Shown here one piece after another: positions 1 to 7,829 of a stretch of DNA of 64,000 nucleotides. The notes below the pieces were generated by a model, which worked only from the letters and a program-made list of their open reading frames with translations, searched no databases and had not been told where the DNA came from. The translations under genes were made by a program, and so were the position numbers. Source of the DNA: an uncultured Acidobacteriaceae bacterium. GTDB lineage: Bacteria; Acidobacteriota; Terriglobia; Terriglobales; Acidobacteriaceae. The first letter of the stretch is position 1. The number at the start of each line of letters is the position of its first letter. The stretch spans positions 228,822 to 292,821 of the forward strand of contig CAVQTQ010000005.1 in the NCBI GenBank assembly GCA_963716615.1, given 5' to 3'.

Positions 1-1102
1 CGAGCAGCGAACCCGCGGCCTGGCCAGCGCGTCCACCGCCGTTTCCCTGCGAACCCTGACCGCCGATGCTGGCCGGAGGTGGCACAACCTGCGGATTAAG
101 GGCGCCAGCGCCACTTCTTGCGAGTGATCCTCCGCCGGACGCGGACGGCGGCGGAGGCACGGGATTCGTGCGCAAGTCGCCCGTCGCGGATCCTCCCCAA
201 CTATTGAGATCGCGGCTCACCTGCGACGGCGGAGGCGCCACGATCGCTGGGGGAGGCAACGAAAGCCTTGCTGTGGACGACACCTCGCGCGGCGGCGCAG
301 AAACTGGTGGCGCAACCACGTCCACCGTTTGCGTCAACGGCACTCTGGAACTGGCCAGGTCGCGCTGCGCGTCTCGTGGGGCCGGCGCGATGACGTTAGG
401 CGCGAGGGGACTTGCGGAGCGCATTTTGTCTCGCGAGACGTTTGGCGTCGGTGGGACGATCTCAGCGTTTAAGGCTGGCGAATTGCGTCGATCAGCCCGA
501 GAGACATCCGGCGCGGGCGGCACTGGGCTCATCGCAGGCAGGACGGGCGCGGTGAGTGACGAACGCAAGCCTTCGGCGGGCGGCGGGCCGGGATTCGGTT
601 TGAATGCGAGCAGATTAGCCACCGCGGAATCGGAATGCGGCAGATTGAGCTTGGGAGCGTCCACCACAGTTTCGCGCGGCTGGTCGCCGCGCGCTACGCG
701 GATAGTCTGCGTGCGGTGGTGGGCTTGCCGACCCCCGGCGCGGCCGGACTTGCCAGACTGTGCGCCGCCTCGGTCTTGCGTCTGCGGTAGTTCGTCTCCC
801 GAATAATAGATCACGTCCTCCTGTGGGTGAGTTGGAGGAAGGGGGATCTCAAGACTGATAAAGCGTTCGGGAATCACGATAACTGCGATCAGCAAAAGGC
901 ACTCCAGCAGCCAGCTGACAAGCATGCCGCGATAAGGGAACATGCCCACGGGCGCTTCTCCGGCTAAAGGACGCCGAGAGCGCGTGAGCGCCGGACGCAA
1001 AGCAGACTTGAACTCTTGCCATGGTGACGACCATTCCACCAGCAGGCGAGGCGGCTCGGGCCATTGAGTAATCGTTTCGGGGATGGTGGCAACTTCGACC
1101 AT
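1..1102 (-). CDS. Membrane-anchored proline-rich repeat protein, N-terminal 367 codons (gene continues past the left edge); paralog of 24646..26586
   Basis: Hand translation of the minus strand from ATG at 1102 gives MVEVATIPETITQWPEPPRLLVEWSSPWQEFKSALRP...GMLVSWLLECLLLIAVIVIPERF...QEDVIYYSGDELPQ... I checked the frame codon by codon and it is open down to position 2. One TM helix is followed by (V/I)(V/A)PPP(P)S-type repeats. The N-terminus aligns with that of 24646..26586. The gene is absent from the ORF track because no stop lies in the window; + ORF 66..806 is its antisense shadow. Confidence 0.75.
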   Translation of the reverse strand, partial: MVEVATIPETITQWPEPPRLLVEWSSPWQEFKSALRPALTRSRRPLAGEAPVGMFPYRGMLVSWLLECLLLIAVIVIPERFISLEIPLPPTHPQEDVIYYSGDELPQTQDRGGAQSGKSGRAGGRQAHHRTQTIRVARGDQPRETVVDAPKLNLPHSDSAVANLLAFKPNPGPPPAEGLRSSLTAPVLPAMSPVPPAPDVSRADRRNSPALNAEIVPPTPNVSRDKMRSASPLAPNVIAPAPRDAQRDLASSRVPLTQTVDVVAPPVSAPPREVSSTARLSLPPPAIVAPPPSQVSRDLNSWGGSATGDLRTNPVPPPPSASGGGSLARSGAGALNPQVVPPPASIGGQGSQGNGGGRAGQAAGSLL

Positions 1103-1735
1103 TAATACGGACCAAATTTCGGACTATGTTTCCGGGGGATTTGTACTAGTGTAGTGTGCCTGAGGGATTCTTTCGCCTGAGTTCAGTGTTTTTTTTGCGT
1201 CTTTTTTCTCTCGACACTGGAACGGAATTTCTCGGGATATCACATTTCCATGGTTGGCAAAGCTCGCCAACCTATGGGTACCCCCCACCCCCCGGTCTAT
1301 TGGAATCATTGACTTAGGGGAAAATTCTCGCCAGGTCTTTGGGGAATAAGGACTTGTAGGTAAAGTATTCCGGAATAAGGAGTTAGATTAGTCTTTCTAA
1401 CGATTTCTGCCGCCTCGCCGTGCCGCTACATGGAATCGTCAACTAGCTGGTCCATCGGAATCGGTTTCGTTGTCAAGGAGCAGATCGTGTTAGAGCAATA
1501 CTTTGTTTGCTCTGAATCTATTTTAGCAGTGGAGTCAAGCTCGTTTTGCGGGGGTACAAAAATCTCGCCTCAGGCGCTAAAGCGCGCACACCTTCAATAG
1601 CTTAACGGCACGAGTAAACTCACGCCCTTCCCGTTCGTTGAGAAGTCAGCCGTTGTTATCGCAGCGGTGAACTGCTCCGCCACCCAAAATCAACAGCAAG
1701 ATCGACTTTTTCCGCAAACTGCTAGGGACCAGCCG

Positions 1736-2422
1736 CTAACCCTTAACGCTGATCTTCGAGAACGACAGCACGGCCGTCCCCGTTGTCGGTCGCCCCATCG
1801 AAAGCGCGGGATGGAAGGTCGTGAAAATCAGCAGGTTCCTCAACTGCGGGAGTATAGCCTTGGCGTCGTCCGGTTGCGACAGGATGCGGTAATCCTCCAC
1901 TCGCCCGTTGGCATCCACGTAGGCTTCAATCACCACCGCATTGTCGCCGATATTGCCGAGCGATGTGCCGAAGGCCGACTGTTCAAGTTGCGGCCCCGTG
2001 TACAGCATCAGCGGAACGTCTCCGCTGCTCGCCTGTAATTCTGCCGGCAAGGCAAAGAAGCCCAGCAGCAGTCCGAAAAACAGTACGGCACTAACCAGCC
2101 CAGCCGTAGCCGGAACCATGAATGCGTTAACCGCATTTCCCAGCCTCACCAGCACACCTTCGAACCGCGGACGGCGCTTCTGTGCGGCCTCGCGCGAAAT
2201 CGCGACCCGCAACTTCAGCGCCAGGTCAGCCGGGACTTTCGCCGGTCTCAGACTGGCAAGCAACTGTTGTGTGCGCTGCATCGCAGCATATTCCCGCGCG
2301 CAACCCGCGCACTCTTCCACGTGGCGGGTGAGCGCCCGCATTTCCGAACCGCTCACGCGACCGTCAAGATAGGGCGAGAATAATTTTCTCGTCTCAGCGC
2401 AGGTCATCTCATCGCACTTCAT
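1736..2422 (-). CDS. Anti-sigma factor, zf-HC2 type, single-pass membrane protein
   Basis: The N-terminus MKCDEMTCAETRKLFSPYLDG...HVEECAGCAREY fits the H-x3-C-x2-C zinc-finger anti-sigma motif. There is a central TM helix (VSAVLFFGLLLGFFAL). The start overlaps the sigma gene stop by 4 nt (ATGA, 2419-2422). Confidence 0.8.
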   Translation of the reverse strand: MKCDEMTCAETRKLFSPYLDGRVSGSEMRALTRHVEECAGCAREYAAMQRTQQLLASLRPAKVPADLALKLRVAISREAAQKRRPRFEGVLVRLGNAVNAFMVPATAGLVSAVLFFGLLLGFFALPAELQASSGDVPLMLYTGPQLEQSAFGTSLGNIGDNAVVIEAYVDANGRVEDYRILSQPDDAKAILPQLRNLLIFTTFHPALSMGRPTTGTAVLSFSKISVKG

Positions 2423-3180
2423 GGCGTCACCTCCGCCTCTCTGCCACCACGCGAACCTGCCCGCGAACTCGGGGCCATGCTGTTTTGCCGGTCATTGGCC
2501 GGGCGGGCAGGACGCTCGTCGGCAGGAGCGAGCAGTCCCAACTCCGGACCCACTTCCCGTACATATCCCGTTAACTTCTTGCGCAGCGCGTCGCGCCCGC
2601 GCGTGATGCGCGACTTCACCGTTCCCAGCGAAATCTCCAAAATTTCCGCAATCTCTTCGTACGACATTTCTTCCAGGTCGCGAAGAATCAAAGCCGTCCG
2701 ATAGGGTTCCGGCACCTGTTGCAGTGCCTGTTCCACGGCAACGCGCACCTCGGTATGCGCGAACTTTTCAAACGGAGACTCGCCCGGATCGACCAGCCGC
2801 TCGGCCCCGGCGAATTCGCATTCCCCCGCTTCAATCGGATCAATCGGCGTTTCCTGCGCCTTGTGCCGGAACCACCAGCGTCGGCGATTCGCCGCTTCGT
2901 GCAAAGCGATGCGATAAATCCAGGTCTTCAGACTGGACTCGCCGTGGAAATGCTTCATCCCGCGGAAGACTTTCAGAAACACATCCTGCGTAGTGTCCGC
3001 CGCATCCGACGGGTCGTTTACGATGCGGTAGATGAGCCCATAAATCGGCTGATGAAACTCGCCAATCAGCCAGGAGTAGGCCGCTTCCGAGCCCGCCTTC
3101 AATTCAGCAATGACGGCGGATTCCTCAGTTCGGGCCCCAATAGCGCTGGCAAGATCGCCCAATGTAATAGCTCCCGCCAC
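2419..3180 (-). CDS. ECF-type RNA polymerase sigma-70 family factor
   Basis: Region 2 motif: DTTQDVFLKVFRGMKHFHGESSLKTWIYRIALHEAANRRRWW. Region 4 HTH: YRTALILRDLEEMSYEEIAEILEISLGTVKSRITRGRDALRKKL. GTG start; translationally coupled to the downstream anti-sigma gene. Confidence 0.9.
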   Translation of the reverse strand: MAGAITLGDLASAIGARTEESAVIAELKAGSEAAYSWLIGEFHQPIYGLIYRIVNDPSDAADTTQDVFLKVFRGMKHFHGESSLKTWIYRIALHEAANRRRWWFRHKAQETPIDPIEAGECEFAGAERLVDPGESPFEKFAHTEVRVAVEQALQQVPEPYRTALILRDLEEMSYEEIAEILEISLGTVKSRITRGRDALRKKLTGYVREVGPELGLLAPADERPARPANDRQNSMAPSSRAGSRGGREAEVTP

Positions 3181-3358
3181 GACGGCGTTGCCCCCAATTA
3201 TAGAGTCACTTTGGCCCGAGCGGTGGGAATCTTCACTTTTGCCGACACCGCTACGGGAGCCCTTGCACGTTTAATTACTTAGACTCCAAAGCCGCCGCCG
3301 GAGTTCCCGAGATAAGCCCAACATTTGCAACATATTGCTTGGGTTGGGACCGGGCGCC

Positions 3359-3392
3359 CTCGCGAGCCTGGCCTGAGCTAGTCGAAGGGTCC
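3359..3392. repeat. REP-like element family B, copy 1 (CTCGCGAGCCTGGCCTGAGCTAGTCGAAGGGTCC)
   Basis: About 32/35 identical to 19791..19825. Both copies are intergenic. Confidence 0.6.
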
Positions 3393-3570
3393 AAGCCGAG
3401 CCAGTTCGGCAGGATTCGTGATAAGGCCGGGCCTCGTAACTGGGCATCGCGTTGCAGAGGAGGCTTGCCCTTCTGGAGACGCAGCAAGACCCGTCTTGTT
3501 GGGGGTCAGACACCCATCTAGGGGATGGGCATCGCCGCTAACCAAGCGCGAATTCCCCTCTTCATTCTCT

Positions 3571-4263
3571 TCATTTTGTCGGCGCGACAGTCGGCGGAGT
3601 CGTTGTTGTCGCCGGCGGCTTGGGTTTCTTTTTCACGGGCTTCTTCGGAGGCTCGGTGTCATCCACCACAATCTTTTTCGGCGGCGGCGGTGGCGCCGCG
3701 GACAGCGTCTTGACCTGCGTGCGCAGTCGAGTCAACTCATCTTCCTTGCTTGCGGCCAGTTTCTGCATGCGCTCGCCAAACGCACGACGTGCGCTCTCCA
3801 GTCCGCTCATGTCGTTGCTCAGGCTCTGAAATTCATCTTTGGAGCCGAACGCTCCCGCATTTTCCACCACCGAGCCAAAGTTGTCATACAGCACAACCAG
3901 GTTGCGATAGAGCTTGAAACTCTCTCCCAGATCTTCGGGTGAGTTGTTCAGCCTCGTGATCGTTTCCGGCAGCGCCGACTGCAGGTTGCGCTGGATCGAT
4001 TCCACAGTCGCCAGCGTCTGTCGCTTGGTCGAAGCGTCGGTCTTCCATCTCTCGAGCCGCGTATTCCCAAGATCGGATTGCATGCTCTTCGCCGTCTGCT
4101 GCAATCGCGTCAGGATTCCGTTCAGTTCGCTGACCGACGCGTAAGCAACCGGCGGTTGCTGCTCGCCCGCCGCGCCACTTGAGTTTTGCGCCCCAGCCGC
4201 AGCCCCGAGCGCCGCGATGAGGATCGGAAATGACCGAACCAGAATATTTCGTGAGTTCAACAT
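3571..4263 (-). CDS. Secreted hypothetical protein with Pro/Lys-rich C-terminal tail
   Basis: ORF 3571..4299. The internal ATG at 4263 is preceded by GGAG and followed directly by a signal peptide (MLNSRNILVRSFPILIAALGAAAGAQ). The C-terminus is PPPPPKKIVVDDTEPPKKPVKKKPKPPATTTTPP. Confidence 0.65.
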   Translation of the reverse strand: MLNSRNILVRSFPILIAALGAAAGAQNSSGAAGEQQPPVAYASVSELNGILTRLQQTAKSMQSDLGNTRLERWKTDASTKRQTLATVESIQRNLQSALPETITRLNNSPEDLGESFKLYRNLVVLYDNFGSVVENAGAFGSKDEFQSLSNDMSGLESARRAFGERMQKLAASKEDELTRLRTQVKTLSAAPPPPPKKIVVDDTEPPKKPVKKKPKPPATTTTPPTVAPTK

Positions 4264-4381
4264 GGGGCTCCGTTCGTGTCCGTGGGTTTTGCCAACCATA
4301 TCCTATTCGAGTTCGGCAACCCGAGTCGAGTTTGACGCCGCGCCAAAGCTAAGCGAGAATTGAATGATAGCAATTCCAAGC

Positions 4382-4457
4382 GGGCCTGTGGCGCAGCTGG
4401 GAGCGCGCTTCCATGGCATGGAAGAGGTCGTCGGTTCGATCCCGACCAGGTCCACCA
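4382..4457 (+). tRNA. tRNA-Ala (anticodon GGC)
   Basis: 76-nt cloverleaf folded by hand. Acceptor GGGCCTG/CAGGTCC carries the G3:U70 Ala identity pair. Anticodon stem CTTCC/GGAAG, loop ATGGCAT. T arm GTCGG-TTCGATC-CCGAC. Discriminator A followed by an encoded CCA. Confidence 0.93.
4413..4457 (+). repeat. attL: 45-bp direct repeat (3' part of tRNA-Ala, anticodon loop to CCA)
   Basis: ATGGCATGGAAGAGGTCGTCGGTTCGATCCCGACCAGGTCCACCA is identical to 13261..13305. The match extends to 51 nt with one mismatch. Confidence 0.88.
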
Positions 4458-4471
4458 GATCTCTCAACAAC

Positions 4472-5626
4472 TTAGACGGGGCGAACGCTTGCAGCAACGG
4501 CGTTTGTGTCATGGTTTGTGTCATAACCCGCCGTTTTGGTGCTCACCGCTAGGGCTTCCATCGCAGTGCGCTTGGCTTCCATGCGGACGTGACTATACCG
4601 CTCCAACATGCGACGGCTCACGTGACCCGCTATCGCCATGATCGTTGAATCTGACGTACCGTTCTCCGCAAGCTGAGTGATGGCACAGTGCCGCAGATCG
4701 TGGAACCGGAACCCCGGCAAGCCCGCTTTCTTCGTCAGCGTCCGCCATGCCGTCCGCCAGCTTTTCACGTGCCGCGCCGGATCAAAGCCAGTGACGTTGT
4801 AGTCCACTACTCGCTTGCCGCTGAATGTGAACTTGGGAACGAAGGCCGCAAAGACATAGTGCGAAGGCTCGACCGGGCCGAAGCCCTCTGCCCTTCGGCG
4901 CAATCTCGCCAGAGCAGAGGCGGCAACGTCTGTCAGAGGCACGATCCGCTCGCCCGCAGCCGTCTTGGACTTGCGAATTGTCAGCGTCTTTGCGAACAGG
5001 TCCACGTCGTACCATTGCAGCCCTTTCAACTCGCAGCCCCTTGCCGTGGTGTTCAGGCAAAGGATGGCGGCAAGGTAGACCGTTTCCCACTCAGGTCGCA
5101 TGACGGCGGTTTTGAGGAGCCGTTGCTTTTCTTCCTCGGTTAGAGCCTTCCCGATTGTCGAAGGCTCGCGTAGCGGACGTATATCGTCAGCAACACGCGC
5201 CCAGACTCTTGCCCGCTTCATGACGCGCCGCAAAATGCCCAATTCCGCGTTTAGAGTCGCTGGGCCAACTTTCTGCTCTGCTCGCCATGCCCGGTACTCG
5301 GTGATCCGCTTCGCCGTGATGGACTTCAGCGGTTCTTGCTTGAAGTAGGCTCGCAACTGCACGAGCAACTGTTTCTCTTTGGCTTGGCTCGCCGGAGCGA
5401 GTTCTAGTATTCGGGCAGTCGCGTAATCATCTGCTGCCTGCCCGAAGGGTTGGCGGGCAAGCGTGGTGGAGGTCTGCGTGAGCTTGCCCTCTGTTGCTTG
5501 CCCGATTAGGTCTTTCTCTTTGGCTTGAGCTTCCCGCCAGTCCGTTGTGTGAAGCGAACTGCGAAACCGTTGCCCGTTCACAACGAAGTGGCAGTGCCAC
5601 GTCTTACCGCGTTTTACGAGTGCCAT
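4472..5626 (-). CDS. int: Tyrosine recombinase / phage-type integrase
   Basis: Catalytic signature TARGCEL (Arg), HDLRHCAIT (H-x-x-R), GH, and RYSHV (Tyr). The likely start is ATG at 5626 (MALVKRGKTWHCHF...) with GGAGAG 8 nt upstream; the ORF track extends to 5716. Confidence 0.9.
   Translation of the reverse strand: MALVKRGKTWHCHFVVNGQRFRSSLHTTDWREAQAKEKDLIGQATEGKLTQTSTTLARQPFGQAADDYATARILELAPASQAKEKQLLVQLRAYFKQEPLKSITAKRITEYRAWRAEQKVGPATLNAELGILRRVMKRARVWARVADDIRPLREPSTIGKALTEEEKQRLLKTAVMRPEWETVYLAAILCLNTTARGCELKGLQWYDVDLFAKTLTIRKSKTAAGERIVPLTDVAASALARLRRRAEGFGPVEPSHYVFAAFVPKFTFSGKRVVDYNVTGFDPARHVKSWRTAWRTLTKKAGLPGFRFHDLRHCAITQLAENGTSDSTIMAIAGHVSRRMLERYSHVRMEAKRTAMEALAVSTKTAGYDTNHDTNAVAASVRPV
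4503..4529. repeat. Tandem TTGTGTCAT boxes (candidate arm-type recombinase sites), attL side
   Basis: TTTGTGTCATGGTTTGTGTCATAACCC resembles TTGTGTCGTGCTTTGTGTCGTAACCC at 13086..13111 in the same orientation. It lies inside the 3' end of int and encodes YDTNHDTN. Confidence 0.5.
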
Positions 5627-6413
5627 TTGCTTTTCTCTCCTCTTCTCGTTTGCGTCGAGCTGATTCTCTTGCTGCCTTCCGATGAGCGCACTCCGGGAGG
5701 CAGAATTTCCGCTCATGGCGGTAATCCGGCTGGAAAAGGTTGTGGCACTCTTCGCAGAACTGCCACGGGCTTTCCATGAATATGTCCTGCCAGACCATCC
5801 AGTAGAGTGCGGTCGTTAGTGAGGTGACGCCACTAGAAGCCCGGACTATCGGGCCGCTCTTGGCCGTCCTGTCGATGACGAAGTGAGGAAACGGGAGCAA
5901 GGGGAATGTCCCGGCGAGATAGCTGCAAACGTCCGCAATTTCACCTGGAGTGGCGCTAGCAAGCCGCTTCTCCACATCATCATCAAACCCGCTCTCAAGA
6001 CTGCCAATACCTAACCGATGGCGAAGCCAAACGAAGTCACCTTTGTTGAATAATCGCAACAGGCCCACGATTGAGTCATACAGGTATTCGGGACTCTCGA
6101 TTGCCGTCAGGAAACGCACCCATGCTTGCAGGGTGTCGCGCTCCCGGCGATAGTTGGAAATCGAATCGCACCCTTCCCAAGCCTTTAGGTAAGTTAGGTT
6201 GAGCGGTCCCCAAGCCTTGACGAAGGCTTGCAGCGCGTTGTCGTCATTTGCCTCTACAAGTTGGCGATGCGGCTTCTGTGCGTATGCTTTCAACAGTTCA
6301 TAGCGACCCATCCGACTCAGTTCCCACTTCACCAAACCCTGCTCGAATGCAACGCGCTTGCATCGGTACCAAGAGCCTCCAGATTGTGTGTTGACACGCT
6401 TTTGCGTTTGCAT
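5604..6413 (-). CDS. Hypothetical protein with C-terminal CGNR-like zinc finger
   Basis: The C-terminus CEECHNLFQPDYRHERKFCLPECAHRKAARESARRKRE fits a C-x2-C...C-x3-C zinc ribbon followed by a basic tail, as in zf-CGNR domains. Start taken at M21 (6413), divergent from the Xis-like gene. Confidence 0.6.
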   Translation of the reverse strand: MQTQKRVNTQSGGSWYRCKRVAFEQGLVKWELSRMGRYELLKAYAQKPHRQLVEANDDNALQAFVKAWGPLNLTYLKAWEGCDSISNYRRERDTLQAWVRFLTAIESPEYLYDSIVGLLRLFNKGDFVWLRHRLGIGSLESGFDDDVEKRLASATPGEIADVCSYLAGTFPLLPFPHFVIDRTAKSGPIVRASSGVTSLTTALYWMVWQDIFMESPWQFCEECHNLFQPDYRHERKFCLPECAHRKAARESARRKREEERKANGTRKTR

Positions 6414-6466
6414 ACCAACGCAAACATATGCGATTCTCAGCATGAAAGCAAGGGAAAAGGAGAAAC

Positions 6467-6655
6467 ATGCCAATCAGCTTTTCAGTAAGAGTGGCGGCAG
6501 AACAGTGCGGCTTGTCTGAGCGCACGATCCACGCGGCAATTCAACGGGGAGACCTGAAGGTGATGCGCGTCGGAAGGCGCGTGCTCATTACTCCCGCAGC
6601 CTTAGAAAACTATCTGAATGGTCGGACAGGCAAAAGCAAGGCCGGTGCCCAGTGA
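6467..6655 (+). CDS. Excisionase/AlpA-family helix-turn-helix DNA-binding protein
   Basis: VAAEQCGLSERTIHAAIQRGDLKVMRVGRRVLITPAALENYL is the HTH_17 / MerR-like excisionase pattern. AAGGAGAA Shine-Dalgarno sequence upstream. Confidence 0.8.
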   Translation: MPISFSVRVAAEQCGLSERTIHAAIQRGDLKVMRVGRRVLITPAALENYLNGRTGKSKAGAQ

Positions 6656-6822
6656 ATAGCCAGCGGCTCTTGACCTTGCTGGAAGTGGCCGACATGCTTC
6701 GACTCAGCCCGCACACGATCCGGGCGATGGTTCGCAAGGGTCGCTTGCAGCCTGTCCGCATCTGTCGCCGCTTGCTCTTCTCCCCGGATGAGGTCACTCG
6801 CTTTGTTGCGGCGTCGAAGTGA
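6652..6822 (+). CDS. Second excisionase/AlpA-family HTH protein (56 aa; not in ORF track)
   Basis: Hand translation from GTG 6652 gives VNSQRLLTLLEVADMLRLSPHTIRAMVRKGRLQPVRICRRLLFSPDEVTRFVAASK*. The start overlaps the upstream stop (GTGA), and the stop is 3 nt before the next gene. Confidence 0.65.
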   Translation: MNSQRLLTLLEVADMLRLSPHTIRAMVRKGRLQPVRICRRLLFSPDEVTRFVAASK

Positions 6823-6825
6823 CCA

Positions 6826-7581
6826 ATGTCTCAATGCCCAGACTTTGAGTACATCCGCACGAAGATTTCCATCGTTGCGGTGGCCCGAGAGCTGGGGCTG
6901 ACGGTAAACGGCTATCGCGCTCGCTGCTGGCGGACTGAGAGCCACCGAAACGGGGATGCGAATCCGTCTATCGGTTTCTGGAAAAAGAGGAACAAGGGAC
7001 GATGCTTAGTTTGCGATCCGCACGTCTGGTCAACCATTGATCTGGTGATGCTTTATCGGGGCTGCGATCTACGAGAGGCAGTTTCGTGGATTACCGCCAG
7101 ATTTCCGGTTCCGCTGCTTCCAAAAGGCGCTCACATCAAAAAGCGCGAGGCATGGTCTCCGCGTTTCCGCGTCGGTATAGCGGAGGATGTTGTTACTTCG
7201 CTTGTGCGAAGTTTAGTTTGGAGCGATCTCTCCCACGCTGAGCAAGGCATCCTGCCCGCGTTGGAAACGTTCACTGACCAGGACACAGGACTCGCTGAAA
7301 TCTCCTACCGTGGCCTCATGCGGTATTCCGGCGTGGGGAGCCAAGCGACAATCGCTGGTGCGATACACCACTTTGAGCAGATGCGGCTCTTGCAAGTTAT
7401 TCGACTGCCCGGTGGGCTTTGTAACCGGCGTGTCAATCAATATCGCCTCACACTCGAGGACCCGGAATTTCAGGTGATGGTCACAAAGGTCTTTCAGAGA
7501 CAGCGGGATGAGATCGAGCTTGAAAAGCAACTCCGCGCCGAACAGAGAAAGGCACGGCCCAAGAGCATCGTACCTGTATAG
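6826..7581 (+). CDS. CHC2 (DnaG-type) zinc-finger protein with C-terminal winged-helix-like domain; no TOPRIM or helicase domain
   Basis: RARCWRTESHRNGDANPSIGFWKKRNKGRCLVCDPHVWSTIDLVMLY parallels the primase CPFHxEKTPSFxV...CFGCGxxGDxIxF motif. The C-terminal part ISYRGLMRYSGVGSQATIAGAIHHFEQMRLLQV is HTH-like. Confidence 0.7.
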   Translation: MSQCPDFEYIRTKISIVAVARELGLTVNGYRARCWRTESHRNGDANPSIGFWKKRNKGRCLVCDPHVWSTIDLVMLYRGCDLREAVSWITARFPVPLLPKGAHIKKREAWSPRFRVGIAEDVVTSLVRSLVWSDLSHAEQGILPALETFTDQDTGLAEISYRGLMRYSGVGSQATIAGAIHHFEQMRLLQVIRLPGGLCNRRVNQYRLTLEDPEFQVMVTKVFQRQRDEIELEKQLRAEQRKARPKSIVPV

Positions 7582-7748
7582 GTAATACTCTCTTCACTCA
7601 CTGAAGTGCGAGCATGATTGCCGCTACAAGCCTGATTGAACCGTGAAGCTGCCCAACGCCGTCCCAATTAACACCACGCTACACTCAGCGTGAAGCGTGA
7701 AAATCGTCCGAGCCTCGCCGCTGGTGACCGAGCCAAACGCGGCAGAGA

Positions 7749-7823
7749 GTTTTGTCTAATTTCAGACTTCGGCGGATGTGAAGCAAACCCCGCGCGGTTG
7801 GTGCCGGAGCCTCGCCAGCGGGC
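7749..7823. repeat. Island-internal repeat R1, copy a (immediately 3' of the Kelch gene)
   Basis: GTTTTGTCTAATTTCAGACTTCGGCGGATGTG..AGCAAACCCCGCGCGGTTGGTGCCGGAGCCTCGCCAGCGGG is about 80% identical to 11116..11203, which carries a 16-nt insertion. Confidence 0.6.
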
Positions 7824-7829
7824 GATTGG

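Noticed and set aside
66-806. 246-aa + strand ORF (G/A/R/S-rich)
   Set aside because: It is the antisense shadow of the minus-strand proline-rich gene 1..1102, which has a start codon, a TM helix and a clear paralog. The + translation is low-complexity and has no motifs.
3197-3202. TATAAT 17 nt upstream of the ECF sigma GTG as its promoter
   Set aside because: It is a plausible -10 hexamer, but I could find no -35 element and no ECF-type GGAAC..CGT pattern. That is too little evidence to annotate it.
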